Below are positions 38,915-52,391 of a stretch of 64,000 bases of DNA, in pieces; the stretch's first letter is position 1; each line of letters opens with the position of its first letter. A program made the position numbers and the translations under genes. The notes under the pieces are model-generated. The model did not search any database. It worked only from the letters and a program-made list of their open reading frames with translations, and was not told where the DNA came from. This DNA is from Octopus vulgaris (taxonomy: Eukaryota), in assembly GCA_951406725.2 (NCBI GenBank), contig OX597820.1:98394001-98458000 (forward strand). Reading direction: 5' to 3'.

Positions 38915-38969
<55 letters not shown>

Positions 38970-39225
38970 CTCTCTCTCTCTCCCTCTTTCTTTCTTTCTT
39001 TCTTTCTTTCTTTGCATTTCACCATATCCTGACTGATTTCTCTGGCACAAATAGTGCTTCGTCGGCATTCTTTATATGCTAAATAATTCTGCTTACCTCT
39101 CTAACAGAATACTGTCATTACAACCCACCCATTCTTGTTCCCCTTCCTTTCTTGTCTGGTGACAAGCTGTTTCCTTGTTTTCTTATCATTTCCCCCACCA
39201 TTTTGAACTGTCTGATATTATTATA
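38400..39225 (-). mobile_element. Older Dong/R4 fragment interrupted by (TTTC)n
   Basis: KTEALIFTAQEQAL, KKRHDNAART, KWYEYVP..VEND. Confidence 0.7.
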
Positions 39226-39240
39226 ATCATTATTATTATT

Positions 39241-39607
39241 ACTGAGTGAGTGAGCAGTGCATGCCATCAAAGTCACACTGGAGTGAAATATATGAAGCCC
39301 AGTATACCCATCATTGACTACCCGTTTGATAAGGGTATACCAGGCAAATGCATCACAACCATATGTGCGTGACATGGTGATCTCACATCATGATAAACAT
39401 CGCACGAACTTGCAGGTGGGGCCCAGTTCAGTAGCCCATCCCGCTCAAAAGGACCCTGAATAAGGTTGTTTAAAGATGTTGAACGAAACACCCATGATTC
39501 TAGAGGTGAATTATCCAAATCCCAAAGAGTTCCTCTCAACACATGGTTATGATGCTCCTCCACTACTTCTACTCGTGATTAGTGATGCACATAGCGTCAG
39601 GCACTGA
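39241..39607 (-). mobile_element. Non-coding retroelement 3' end with a (TAA)n tail, probably R4/Dong-class
   Basis: Bounded by (TAA)n on both sides; terminal hairpins GTATACCC..GGGTATAC and CAGTG..CACTG. Confidence 0.5.
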
Positions 39608-39646
39608 TATTATTATTATTGTTATTATTATTATTATTATTATTAA

Positions 39647-39689
<43 letters not shown>

Positions 39690-39690
39690 A

Positions 39691-39769
<79 letters not shown>

Positions 39770-40460
39770 CGTTGCCTTTGCACAGCTTCTAACGTTGGAG
39801 ATGTACTACGGTGTCAGCTCTTCACTACCAGTGAACTATGGTAACACGTCTTATTTTTCGAGCACCTCCGGAGTATTCGAGTGGTTCCAAGCAGTGCTGT
39901 TTTCTGCAAGTGCTCCACCCTTATTGCAGCCACTATTTGTTCCATGTACTTCTCAAGATTTTTATTCACTGTTCCCAGGGCTCCGACCATTATTGGTACT
40001 ACTACCACCTTTTTCATCGACCACAACTGCTTAACTTCCCAAGCTAACCTGTCATATCTATCGACTTTTCTTTCTTCCTTATCGCATACCTTGTTGTCAG
40101 CTGGGTATGCTTATCTATTATCCAGCATAGTTTGCTTTCTTTCTCAATTAATACTATGTCTCTGGCTTCCTATTCTCTTTCTCGTGGTTGCACTGAATCA
40201 TAAAATTCCACAAGATCTTTGCATTGTCATTTTAGATGATGTATCCGGGTTTGTGGTCGTACCAATTTTTTGCTCTATCAAGTCCATACTTGTTGCAAAG
40301 TGTCAAATGGACAAGCCTTGTTATATTGTCGTGGCGTCTCTTATATTCCTTCTGGGCGTGTGACGTACATTGGCTGATAATATGTCATACGGTTTCACCA
40401 TTTTGTCCACAGATTCTGCACTTATCACTTTCTGATATGTGTTGTCTATCCTATTTTCTT
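39770..40460 (-). mobile_element. 5'-truncated Dong/R4 element with an intact 3' end, flanked by (TAA)n
   Basis: DKCRICGQNGETV.HIISQC..QKEYKRRHDN..ILWNFMIQC..RKPDIVL..QLWSMKKVVVVPIMVGALG..LQKTALLGT. Confidence 0.9.
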
Positions 40461-40481
40461 GCTCTTGTTCTTCTTCTTCTT

Positions 40482-40601
<120 letters not shown>

Positions 40602-40610
40602 GTTATTGTT

Positions 40611-40646
<36 letters not shown>

Positions 40647-40648
40647 GA

Positions 40649-40688
<40 letters not shown>

Positions 40689-40884
40689 GTTATTATTAAG
40701 CGACGAGCTGGCAGAATCGTTAGCACGCCAGAGGAAATGCTTAGCGACATTGCGTGTTTTCGGGTTCTGAGTTCATATTCTGCTCAGGTTGACTTAGTCT
40801 TCCATCTCTTTCGGGGTACCCCTCCCTTGAAATTGCTGGCCTTGTATTAGAATTTGAAATCATCATCATTATTATTATTTTAAT

Positions 40885-41602
40885 TATTGGCACCTCAAGT
40901 ATCGTCAGGCGTTCACAGCCCTCAACGAGTCGAACAATCTAGTCGGTGGAAGTTCTATACTAGAATATACAGAAATCTAGTGTTGAGAAAGTGTGAAAAC
41001 GTTCTCGTGTAACCAGCTGCTCTGTTTCGAGCTCGGAACTACCATGAATCACTTGCAGACATATCTATTCTAGCATTGCTACTGAAAACCTCTACCTATT
41101 CGTGATAAACCCCATATGCACGAAAGCGCCGCTAGGCCAGACTGCCCGAGGTGTGCGCAGGGGGATAAAACCGTACTGCACGCAAACGTGAAGTGTCTAA
41201 GCATTGCTAACTCGTGGAGGCATGTTGAAAAGCCGGTATCGTATGTAAGACGAATACAACGATCGGCTAAATCCATCACCCAACGTGAGTATCACCCAAC
41301 GACCCATCTTTAACAAGGCGGGGCAGGCCACATTCCTGTCTAGTGGCTGTGGGAAAAGAGATTGCGTGGTGGACGAGGCAGAAATGATTGAAGAAAGACA
41401 ACTTCTTCGGTGAAGATTTCATTCACTTATTCTTTTACTCTCTCTTTTACTTGTTTCAATCATTTGACTGTGGCCATGCTGGAGCACCGCCTTTAGTCGA
41501 GCAAATAGGCCCCAGGACTTATTCTTTGTAAGCCTAGTACTTATTCTATCGGTTTCTTTTGTCGAACCGCTAAGTTATGGAGACGTAAACACAGACACAC
41601 AA

Positions 41603-41643
<41 letters not shown>

Positions 41644-42178
41644 CATATATACGACGGGCTTCTTTCAGTTTCCGTCTACCAAATCCACTTACAAGTTTTT
41701 GGTCGGCCCGAGGCTATAGTAGAAGACACTTGCCTAAGGTGCCACGTAGTGGGACTGAACCTGGAACCATGTGGTTCGTAAGCAAGCTACTTACCACACA
41801 GCTACTGGAAGGGTGAGTGAAGGTGAAAGAAATGCTAACTCCCGGTGAATTTGTGAAAAGATGAGTAACTGTGACAAAAGCGGTTAGGGTCAATGAACCA
41901 ACATTAAGCATGCGCCTGTTGATTAGAGAACACCATTTGGGATAGGGTTTGTGACTTTGGTGGTTAAGGTAATCTTGTACCTATGGGGTTCCTTGATTGA
42001 CCCTTGTAAGAGCTTCTCCAAAAAAAGGGTACTTTATTATTCCCGTTTTCACATACTTTTTATACTACGCACACTTGTATCTCATTTCAGCATCTATTAT
42101 GAAATTTACCACACAAATTGTAAACTGTCCTTGTGATGTCCTCCCTCTTCTCTGATCTTGTGACTAATAAAAGAAAAT
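40885..42178 (+). mobile_element. Tx1/L1-like LINE 3' end, interrupted by a SINE-A
   Basis: LPIRDK..CPRCAQGDKTVLHANVKC zinc knuckle; resumes after 41805; ends AATAAAAGAAAA; homologous to 53848-54790. Confidence 0.72.
41440..41803 (-). mobile_element. SINE family A
   Basis: Reverse complement of 2182-2598. Confidence 0.9.
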
Positions 42179-42363
42179 CACTGTGCCGCGCCGGGCAAAA
42201 TGCTAAGCAGTGTTTTGCCCGACCTTACGTTCTGAGTTCAAATCCCGCCGAGATCAATTTTGCCCTTCATCCTTTCGGGGGTTGATGCAATAAATACCAG
42301 TCAAGAACTGGGGTCGATATAATCGACTAGATCCTTGTTCCTCTTACAGAAATGGCTAATCAA

Positions 42364-42504
42364 TCGTCGTCGTCGTCATCGTCATCGTCGTCGTCATCAT
42401 CATCATCATCATCGTCATCATCATCGTCGTCATCATCATCGTCATCGTATCGTCATCGTCATCATCGTCGTCGTCATCATCATCGTCATCATCATCATCA
42501 TCAG

Positions 42505-42540
<36 letters not shown>

Positions 42541-42541
42541 A
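42364..42541. repeat. (CAT/CGT)n microsatellite
   Basis: Direct reading. Confidence 0.95.
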
Positions 42542-42707
42542 CTAAGACATGATAATTAAATTAGCAGCGTTGTTGTCTTGCTGTTTGGTAACAAAAAACT
42601 CAAATCTCAAACATCTTAGCATTTTTACACTCTCTGAGCTGAGGTAGCAGTTTTTGTGTTATGCCAAGAGTACCAATTCTCTTCATCTCTCTGGCTAGGT
42701 CTTGATA

Positions 42708-43082
42708 TTTATTACTTCCGCTTTAGCGAAGGCGGACTTATTGTTTTCAGTTGTGTTTGTTTCTTTGTTTGTCCGTGGACAAGATATCTCAAGAACCGCT
42801 GGATGGATTCGGATGAAACGTTCAGAGATGCTTGGCCTTGTAACTGGTAAAAACTGATTAAATTTTGGGATCGATTCGGTACCTGACAAGGATTCTGGAT
42901 CATTTTGCCTGTTCTTTTTACTTAATTTTTCAGATCGGTCGGGTTCACTTTTAGTATTCTCGTTTGTGAGAGCAGTCGAGTTTATTTCAGATATTCTCAT
43001 TTTAAATACCATCTCTGACTAATCGTTGAGACAACGTTGATGTAGTCTTGGCGGATGTTTGAGCACTCTGGGTGCATATTTT
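42708..43082 (+). mobile_element. Helentron-associated non-autonomous element (HINE/DINE-1-like)
   Basis: 5' TTATTACTTCCGC..GGCGGA, a GTTT microsatellite, 3' GGCGGATG subterminal inverted repeat and GCACTCTGGGTGC stem-loop before a T run. Confidence 0.7.
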
Positions 43083-43604
43083 TCTTTTTTTCTTTCCAAT
43101 TTCTTTGGTGTACACACTATTAATACATAAAACTGCAAAATCTATGATTTGACATTTTCCTTTTGTCCACAGTAATCATAAACCTAGTCTTTGTGCATCA
43201 GTAGAATAGCCAGTCTTTACAAAGAAGTCCTAAACAATTCTATACATTATCATTCAAATTTATAATGTGTAGGAGAGTCGGTTGCCATTTTTTGTAGGTC
43301 GAAAACATATAAGAATATATAATGTTTCCTTTTATTCATCATGAACTTCCTTTTATGTTTTGAAGTCTAAGTAAAACCACTTCACACTGAAGAACTCGAC
43401 AAAGATGTCACACATCTATTATGGAGACACAGTAGAAAAGAAAAATGAGATTCCAAAATTGTGGAGAAGATTAGAAAACTAATATGCGTAAAAATATTTA
43501 ATAGCACACTTGAATATATGTAAGCATGTTTAAGTCTGCAGATATATACATGCGTGTGTGTGTGTGTGTCATAGATATATACAAACATGCATGTGTAAAT
43601 ATAT

Positions 43605-43664
<60 letters not shown>

Positions 43665-43707
43665 GTATACATATACGCACACACACACAGACACATATAT
43701 ACATACA

Positions 43708-43743
<36 letters not shown>

Positions 43744-43881
43744 TATATACACATGTACGTTAGTATATATGTATGAACAGATGGAGGCATAATATAAAGT
43801 AAATGCATTTTTGCAAGTATATTATTAATATCATTATTATTATTATTGTTATTATCATTATTATCATTATTATTATTATTA

Positions 43882-43919
<38 letters not shown>

Positions 43920-44308
43920 TCACTTAGGCGTGGATTGGGCGTACATAGAAACATACATACACACGCACGAATTTGTATATATGTGTATGTGTGTGTGTAT
44001 GTTGTGTATATATATGTTTGTGTTAATGTGTGTATACATACAGGTATGTTTTATGGAGTACCGGTGAGTTTTTGTTATAGAGGTTATCGTAAAATATGTT
44101 AAATAAATTTAAGCGCATCACATGCACTCACAAACACACACACACATACTCTCACACACGTGTGTGTAAGTGAGTACGAAAGTATATATGTGTGAGTGTA
44201 TTTGTGTGTGTAAATATGTGTGTATCACAGTTTCGTGTAAATCTAGCATATGCATACATGCTCAAATACCTTGCTGTCTTCTTTTTCATCATACTCTCTC
44301 TCACACAA

Positions 44309-44398
<90 letters not shown>

Positions 44399-44426
44399 GT
44401 ATATATATATATGTATATATGATATG

Positions 44427-44470
<44 letters not shown>

Positions 44471-44785
44471 TATATATATATGTATGAGCTATATATATAT
44501 TATATGCATGTGTATATAAAATAATACAATTATAAGTATATATACTTGTATATTTACTTGCATATAGACGTATACATATGTCTTAATATCTACGCATGCA
44601 TATATACATATATACTTATATATAGTGTGTGGCTATATTTGTATATGTGTTGGCACGCGCTAATAAATATCTGTTTCTAAACTGATGTTCTCACCATATA
44701 CATATGTGTATATGCCTATATGTACACATGCATGCTGGTATGTATGGACGGATGCATGCATGTATAGCTATATATATATATATAT

Positions 44786-44818
<33 letters not shown>

Positions 44819-44836
44819 CATATATATATATGTGTG

Positions 44837-44914
<78 letters not shown>

Positions 44915-45488
44915 GTGTATTCATATGTATGTATATATATATGTATATGTATATATGTTTGTATTATGAATGGCCGCAGAAAGCAAAGGGGTGATGAACG
45001 GAGAGAATTGCTAGCAAAGGTGCTTCTTGAGTTTTTAACATTTTGTTTCGCCTGTGGCCCCCTCTTTATGAACATTACGGGGGAGGAATGAAGGAAATAT
45101 GGAGCCTGATAACGAATGACGTAGAGGTAAAGAAATTAACAGAAGGGAGAGGAAATGAGGTGGAAGTCTTTAATTCTTGAAAATTAAAAATGTTAAGCCA
45201 TGCGTAAAGCGAAAAAACCTTAGTTTTAGTGAAAGGCATATGGAGAAGTGTAAAATATCTCTTGTAAGTAGCTGATGTTGTTGGGGGCTGAACACTTATT
45301 GTACAGACAGAAATAAATGGTTATGCATGCGCATATGCGTAAGTGCGTGCGTGCGCATGTGTGAGTGAGTGAGTGTGTGAGTGAGTAAGAGAGTGAGGGA
45401 GTGAGTGAGTGGATGAGTGAATGAGTGAGTAGAGTGAGTGAGTGAATGAGTGAGTGAGCATGTATATACATTCGTATATATATTCGTG

Positions 45489-45708
45489 GTAGAAACGTTA
45501 GCACGCCGGGCGAAATGCGTATCCGTATTTCGTCTGTCGATACGTTCCGAGTTCAAATTCCGCCGAGGTCGACTTTGCCTTTCATCCTTTCGGGGTCGAC
45601 AAAATTAAGTACCAGTTACGCACTGGGGTCGATGTAATCGACTTAATACCTATGTCTGTCCTTGTTTGTCCCCTCTATGTTTAGCCCCTTGTGGGCAATA
45701 AAGAAATA
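45489..45708 (+). mobile_element. SINE family C monomer
   Basis: Near-consensus copy ending AAAGAAATA. Confidence 0.9.
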
Positions 45709-46129
45709 TATATATATATATACATTCGTGCATGTGTTACAACGTGCATGCATTTACGAATTTACGTACGTATATATTTAGCTGTTTTTATGTGTACGCT
45801 TTTTGTGCACGTACACGTGTTTGTGTGTATGTACGTGTGAGTGTGTGAATGTGTGTTTTCGTCTGCGTGTGAGTACATGTGAACAATACGTGTATATTTG
45901 TGCGTGTGTTATTATTTGAACATTGTGTGTGCATGTGTGTGAATGTGTGTGTGTCTGTGATATGTGCGCGTATATATATACGTGTACATCTGCTTACATG
46001 CAGAATTTTTGTGTGTCTGTATGTGTGCGTGTGTATCTATGTATGTGTGTACATGACTACATATCTGAAGGTGGTCGAGATTTTTAGTGGGTAAAGTACT
46101 GTAATTCGTATCTCATATATATGTATGTA

Positions 46130-46204
<75 letters not shown>

Positions 46205-46217
46205 GTATCTCATATAC

Positions 46218-46264
<47 letters not shown>

Positions 46265-46283
46265 CATACATACATACATACAT

Positions 46284-46351
<68 letters not shown>

Positions 46352-46507
46352 ATACATATATATGAGATACGAGACACTGATCCAACGAGTGACCGAGAGT
46401 CGACTTCAACTGAGCGGATAGAGAGATGTGTATGTATGTATGTATGTATGTATGTATGTATGTATGTATGTATGTATGTATGTATGTATGTATGTACGTA
46501 CGTATGC

Positions 46508-46559
<52 letters not shown>

Positions 46560-46563
<4 letters not shown>

Positions 46564-47205
46564 AATTTCTTTAAAATTATTGAATTGCCCGATTCCTCCA
46601 AATAATAATGAATGAGTTAATCTTTACATATTTGCTAGTAACTATCCAACAACTGGATGTTACTGTATACGTGTGACCCTCATCAATTCATAATAGTGAT
46701 TATAGACAACTTGACATCCCATACTTGATTCATAAAATAGTACACTTTAAAAGCAACAGCAACATAATTCAGATTTTCAACGACAATGTTTTCGCTCACC
46801 ACGCATTGCAAGTTGACGAAACAATTGTACGTTTTAGAATGTGAAGCCAGTCCCTACTGTAGTTAACTTTACATTTGTTTAGCGCAAAAGGAAGATGGAA
46901 TTGTTAAAAAATAATAAAATACAAGAGCACTGCAAAATGTATAATTGTTTCGTCAACTTGCAATGCCTGGGGAGGTAAAGCATTGTCACCGAGTCTGAAT
47001 TACATTTCGGCTGCTTTTTAAGCTGTATTATTTGATAAATCAAACACTATGAAATTTGTTATTAAGGTACATATAATGACTAAATGAACCGATAAATGCC
47101 ATACGAATACAATGTGATCCAGCTGTGGATAGTTATCAGCAAATATATAAACATTTACTCATTCATCCTTTGGAATCGTCCAACTCAATAATTTCTGCAA
47201 GATAT
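46560..47205. repeat. Old foldback/MITE-like element with about 280-bp degenerate inverted arms
   Basis: Perfect GCATTGCAAGTTGACGAAACAATT/AATTGTTTCGTCAACTTGCAATGC, plus outer matches such as ATGAATGAGT/ACTCATTCAT and TAACTATCCA/TGGATAGTTA. Confidence 0.8.
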
Positions 47206-48645
47206 ATTTTCCAACCAAGGAGGCCCATGGAATACCAGGAGTTAGCATACGATATTTGCATTATTTGATAATTAGCTTAAGGCGGCGAGCTGGTAGAATC
47301 ATTAGCACACCGGACAAAAAAAAAAAGCTTAGCGGCATTTCGTCTGACTGTACGTTCTAAGTTCAAATTCCATTGAGGTCGATTTTGTCTTTCCTCTTTC
47401 ATCTTTTTGAGGTTGAGCACTGAGGTCGATATGATCGACCTAACCCCACTTATGCCAAAATTTTAAATCATTATTAAACAGCTAGCTTCTTTTGGTAAAT
47501 AAATGTCTCTTCCGACAAGGCAGAAATACCTTGGGTTTTTCAAGGTGATGGGGAGTAAGGTATATTTATATACATGTTTTCTCAGAAGTTGATACTACCT
47601 GGGGAAAAGCATTAAACTGCATCTGGTAGGGATTCTCTAACACGGGAGTATAGGAGCTTTAGGGATTGTGGACTTAGCCCTTTTAATCGGCACTACTACC
47701 AAGTTCGTTCTGTCTCGATAATGTAGTACCTGTGCAGGGTCTCGCTTATAGCTCAAATAGCTGAAATGGTTCTATGGCTAAAGAAAGCAGAACTTTGAAG
47801 ACGGTTGATACCGAGACATGTGTGACACAGGCTCACCGGTGTATATACAAGTCTTGGTGTCACGTGAATCAGTCTTCTGCCTTGAGGTTAAATGAGCCTT
47901 ACACTTGAAGAACAAGCTGTGGGAGCGGGAAACAAGAAGGGTAAACTATTAATAAACCAACAAAAGGCAACGAGAAACCGCTGTATCATGCATAAGAGAA
48001 ATCACGAATCTTCAGATTTTGACCTGGACCGTCGAGGATTCTAGACATGGCACATGAAGGAATAACAACCTTAATTACTAAGGTAAATGACGTGAAAGAG
48101 TTTATAGAGAAGAGAACTAAAACCATCTTCTTTAAATATTACCTTCTCCGATATTCTTATTCTAGTCAAAAGTGTTCATATGTTCTTTCATTCAAAAACT
48201 GACCCGATAAATAAATGTAAGCTACCAGTCCTTCATTTCTCAATACCCCCATCTCCTGCGGAATTTCCGGATAAGACGTCGAGGAAGGAAACTAAGGACT
48301 ATTAGTTCTTTAGTTTGGCACCCTATCCTTCCTGCCAACTCGTCACTCTTCCTCTGGTATAGATAACATATAGGTTCCACTCTAAAAGACTCTGGAGTAC
48401 GATTTCATTACTTCCGATTAAATTGTCGATTCTGTATGATTTCAATACATCCAATTAAATTGGATTCAGTTCAAGCATTGTTTTTGTTTTTGTAATTATT
48501 ACTATTGAATAAAATCCACATCAGGTCTGTTTGAGTAAACTTATGATGAAAGATGTTCCATTCAGACTAGATCAATTTGGTCACTTTTAATGCTTTGTTT
48601 CTCCAGAATTATATTACACTATGAGTCCTTCCTCTTTTAATGGTT

Positions 48646-48680
<35 letters not shown>

Positions 48681-48914
48681 GGGACATCTGAATGTTATTT
48701 ATTGTAGGTCGACCGATCACGCGAAAGCTGCTTGTTGACTTGGAGTCAAGCTTTTTTCTATCAATTCAGTGAAGAGAGAGAACGTATGTGTTGGGGGTTC
48801 TCGGTGATAGATTGAAATTAAATTATGTAAGATTTTTGGTTTGACGATCTAGAGGATCAGCGTCCCAACTACCCTACGATACTGCTGTAAAAATAATGAT
48901 AACAATATTATAGA

Positions 48915-49275
48915 CACAAGGCCGGAAATTTGTTGGGAGAGGACTAGTAGATTACATCGATCCCAGTGCGTAACTAGTACTTAATTTATCGACCCCGAAA
49001 GGATGAAAGGCAAAGTCGACCTCGGCGGAATTTGAACTCAGAACGTAGCGGCAGATGAAATACCTATTTCTTTACTACCCACAAGGGGCTAAACACAGAG
49101 AGGACAAACAAGGACAGACAAACGGATTAAGTCGATTATATCGACTCCAGTGCGTAACTGGTACTCATTTAATCGACCCCGAAAGGATGAAAGGCAAAGT
49201 CGACCTCGGCGGAATTTGAACTCGGAACGTAGCGGCGGACGAAATACCGGTAAGCATTTCGCCCGGCGTTCTAAC
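48915..49275 (-). mobile_element. SINE-C dimer; further degenerate copies extend to about 50230
   Basis: Reverse-complement head, body, junction GAAATACCTATTTCTTT, second body. Confidence 0.9.
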
Positions 49276-50707
49276 GATTCTGCCAGCTCGCCGTCTTTCA
49301 ACATCTCTTAACCTTCACTTGTCCTAGAGTGCTGGGTGTGTTCCAGCACGTGATTGCATCAAATATACAGATTAGCATTTTTGGGGAAAGGGCTAAGTCG
49401 GTTACATCGACTCCAGTGCTCAATTGATACTTATTTTATCGACCCCGAAAGGATGAAAGTCAAAGAGGATCTCAGCAGGATTTGAATTCAGAATGTAAAG
49501 AATCAGAACAAATACTGCAAAAAATTTTGCCCACGTTCTTGCTTTTCTGCCAATCCACCACGTTAATAACTATTGCTAACCTAAGTACAAAACCAGAACT
49601 TAGTGGCCGAAGGAATTAGATGATTAAGTAAACCGGTGCTATATTTTAGCCAGCCGGTGAGTTCAAGTGCTGCTGAGGTCGACTTTGCGTTTCTCCCTTC
49701 GAAGGGCCGGTACAATAAATACCAGTCGAGCACAGAGATCTATGTAATCAACTTCCCCTTGTTCCCAATATTGCTATTTTTGTACTAAAATTAGAAGGAA
49801 TATTTTATCTACCCGAAAAGATGAAAATGTGAGATGAGATTTCAATCCAGAATCTAAAGATCTGGAATAAACATCGAATAGCATTTTTTTCCGATGAAAG
49901 TATTTTTCAAACCTAAAATATATGTATTGTAAGGTGGAGCGTTCACGCTAAAGCTGTCTTGTTGCCTTGGAAACATGTTTTGTATTTTTTCTATCAATTG
50001 AGGGGGCTTTTGGGGGTTTCTCAGCATATTAGGTCTGATGCTCTACAGGTTATTTAGCATGGCATTTTGCTCGAAGCTCTAACGATTCTGTCAATTCATT
50101 ATTTTCTTACTTAAGTACATCAGAAAAATACACAAAAGAGCTTTAACCGATTTAATCGACCCCGATATTTTAACAGATACAATATTTTATCAACCCCGGA
50201 AGTATGAATGGCAAAGTTGACATCGGCGGGACTAAGGGTTTCTAATATAGGCTCAATGCTACATATTTTCGAGAAAGGTGTAGACAAATTAACTGACCCT
50301 ATACGACTAATACTAATGTTATCCTCAGAGGAATAATAAAAGACGATATGGGTTTGACTTATGAGCAACCTGTACATATAAGTATGCATGTATCTGTAAC
50401 AACGTGCAATTTTATCTCTACTACATTTGTATGTAAGTGTGCATGTGGTAGGTCTGTTTGGTTTAGATAAAAACAAAGTACAGCTGAAAGTATTTCAGTG
50501 TTGTGTTGCTACGAAGATAAGTCAAGTGCATTCAACTTACCTCCCTGCAACCTCCCCGCTTAAGTTTCACATTATGCCTATCTGTCCATTTCTCACTCTT
50601 TCACACATGATGTCTGTCTGTCCGTTTCTCGCTCTTACAAACTATATCTGCATTTCAGTTTCGCTATCTCCCTATATCACTCTATCTCTCTATCCGCGCG
50701 AGTCTCC

Positions 50708-50765
<58 letters not shown>

Positions 50766-50839
50766 TATAGGGAAAGGCATGGCTGTGTTGTCAAGAAGTT
50801 CGCATTGCACTCACGTGGTTTCAGATTCAGTTCCAGTAC

Positions 50840-51295
50840 GGCCATGCTGGAGCCCCGCCTTTAGTCGAAGAAATCGACCCAAGGACTTATTCTTTGTAAG
50901 CCTAGTATTTATTCTGTGGGTCTCTTTTTCGGAACTGCTAGATAAACAGGCACATAAACACACAAACATCGGTTGTCAAGTGATGTGGGTGGGGGAAATA
51001 GATGCAAAGACACACACACATAAATATATATATATATATGTGTATGTATATACATATATATATATACATATGTATATACATATATATATATATATATGTA
51101 TGTATATATATATATAAATATATACATATATATATACACACGATGGGTTTCTTTAAGTTTCTGTCTACCAAATCCATTCACAGGACATAGGTCGGCCCGA
51201 GGCTATAGTAGAAGACACTTGCCCAAGTTGCCACGCAGTGGGAATGAACTCGAAACCGTGTGGTTGGGAAGCAAGCTACTTACCACACAACCACT
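50840..51295 (-). mobile_element. SINE family A
   Basis: Homology to 2182-2598. Confidence 0.85.
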
Positions 51296-51677
51296 CGACA
51301 CAAAATATGGGGGCTTAGTTCACAGGGGATCTAAACGACTAAGTACGCTAGATAAATGCTGTAACGGATTACTAGGGCTCCAATTTATGGAGCCATTGCA
51401 AATTTTCGATCAAGCGGTTATATAATTGTTAAAGAGGAGAACAAACGTTGATATGTTTGCGTCTACTTCTGGATATTTACACTATAGGGACTTTAACCTA
51501 CATGGATTTACACAGGATTGCACCTAAGGACTTACAGACTTACTTCTACACGATCGGAAAATTGAACTGTGAACTTTATGCTTCTTTCTTCTTCTCTTCC
51601 TAGATCTCCTTATTCCTCTATTCCTGTCCTGTGTGTCGTCATTTTATTAATCTATACCCTTCTCGTTTTTCCAATTT

Positions 51678-51716
51678 GTCTCCGATGACGGAATATCCCA
51701 GAAACAGGTGTAAGAC
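51678..51716 (+). ncRNA. Minimal hammerhead motif (U4C variant) at the end of a PLE 3' remnant (about 51300-51745)
   Basis: GUCU-CCGAUGA-C-GGA aua UCC-CA-GAAA-CAGGUG-UA-AGAC; upstream FWIFTL resembles the GIY-YIG C-terminus. Confidence 0.62.
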
Positions 51717-51780
51717 TTTGAATCTTTTCCAATAATAATAATGTATGACTTTGCCGTGCCCTAACGTTATCCTCTTTAAC

Positions 51781-51860
<80 letters not shown>

Positions 51861-51869
51861 GTATATATG

Positions 51870-51900
<31 letters not shown>

Positions 51901-51974
51901 ATGTACGACTCCGTGTGTACCGTTGGCGATTTTTTTCCTTCGTCTTCCCTTCCTTGGATCTTTCCTTTTCCTAT

Positions 51975-52009
51975 GTTTCTGACGAAGAGCTCCGCTCGAA
52001 ACGTTAAAT
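51975..52009 (+). ncRNA. Minimal type I hammerhead in a short element (51905-52065), same family as 31897-32112
   Basis: GUUU-CUGACGA-A-GAGC ucc GCUC-GAAA-CG-UU-AAAU. Confidence 0.72.
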
Positions 52010-52333
52010 CCTCTTTTTTTCTTTTGTTGTGTTTCCTCCTTGTGGTTTCATGTTTGGATTAACTATATATATATATATATATATAAAACCCACATAAACA
52101 TATTTATGCGTATGCGTATAATATATATAGAAATTCACATGGGCTGTCTCTATTCAAATCACCCTTCATTTACATATTAAAAAAATCTGTTCAACAGCTA
52201 GAGATGTTGGCAATGCTGTGCAAAGCCACCACATCTGTAATTGCCTTTTGACGTCAGTTTCTCTCTGCCTACTTATCTTTCTTGTCTTTCTACCTGGCTT
52301 AACGCAAGCTTGTCTCTCTCTCCCGTCCCTGTG

Positions 52334-52391
<58 letters not shown>

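Noticed and set aside
47500-48400. Possible decayed LINE or coding region
   Set aside because: No diagnostic motif could be read with confidence.
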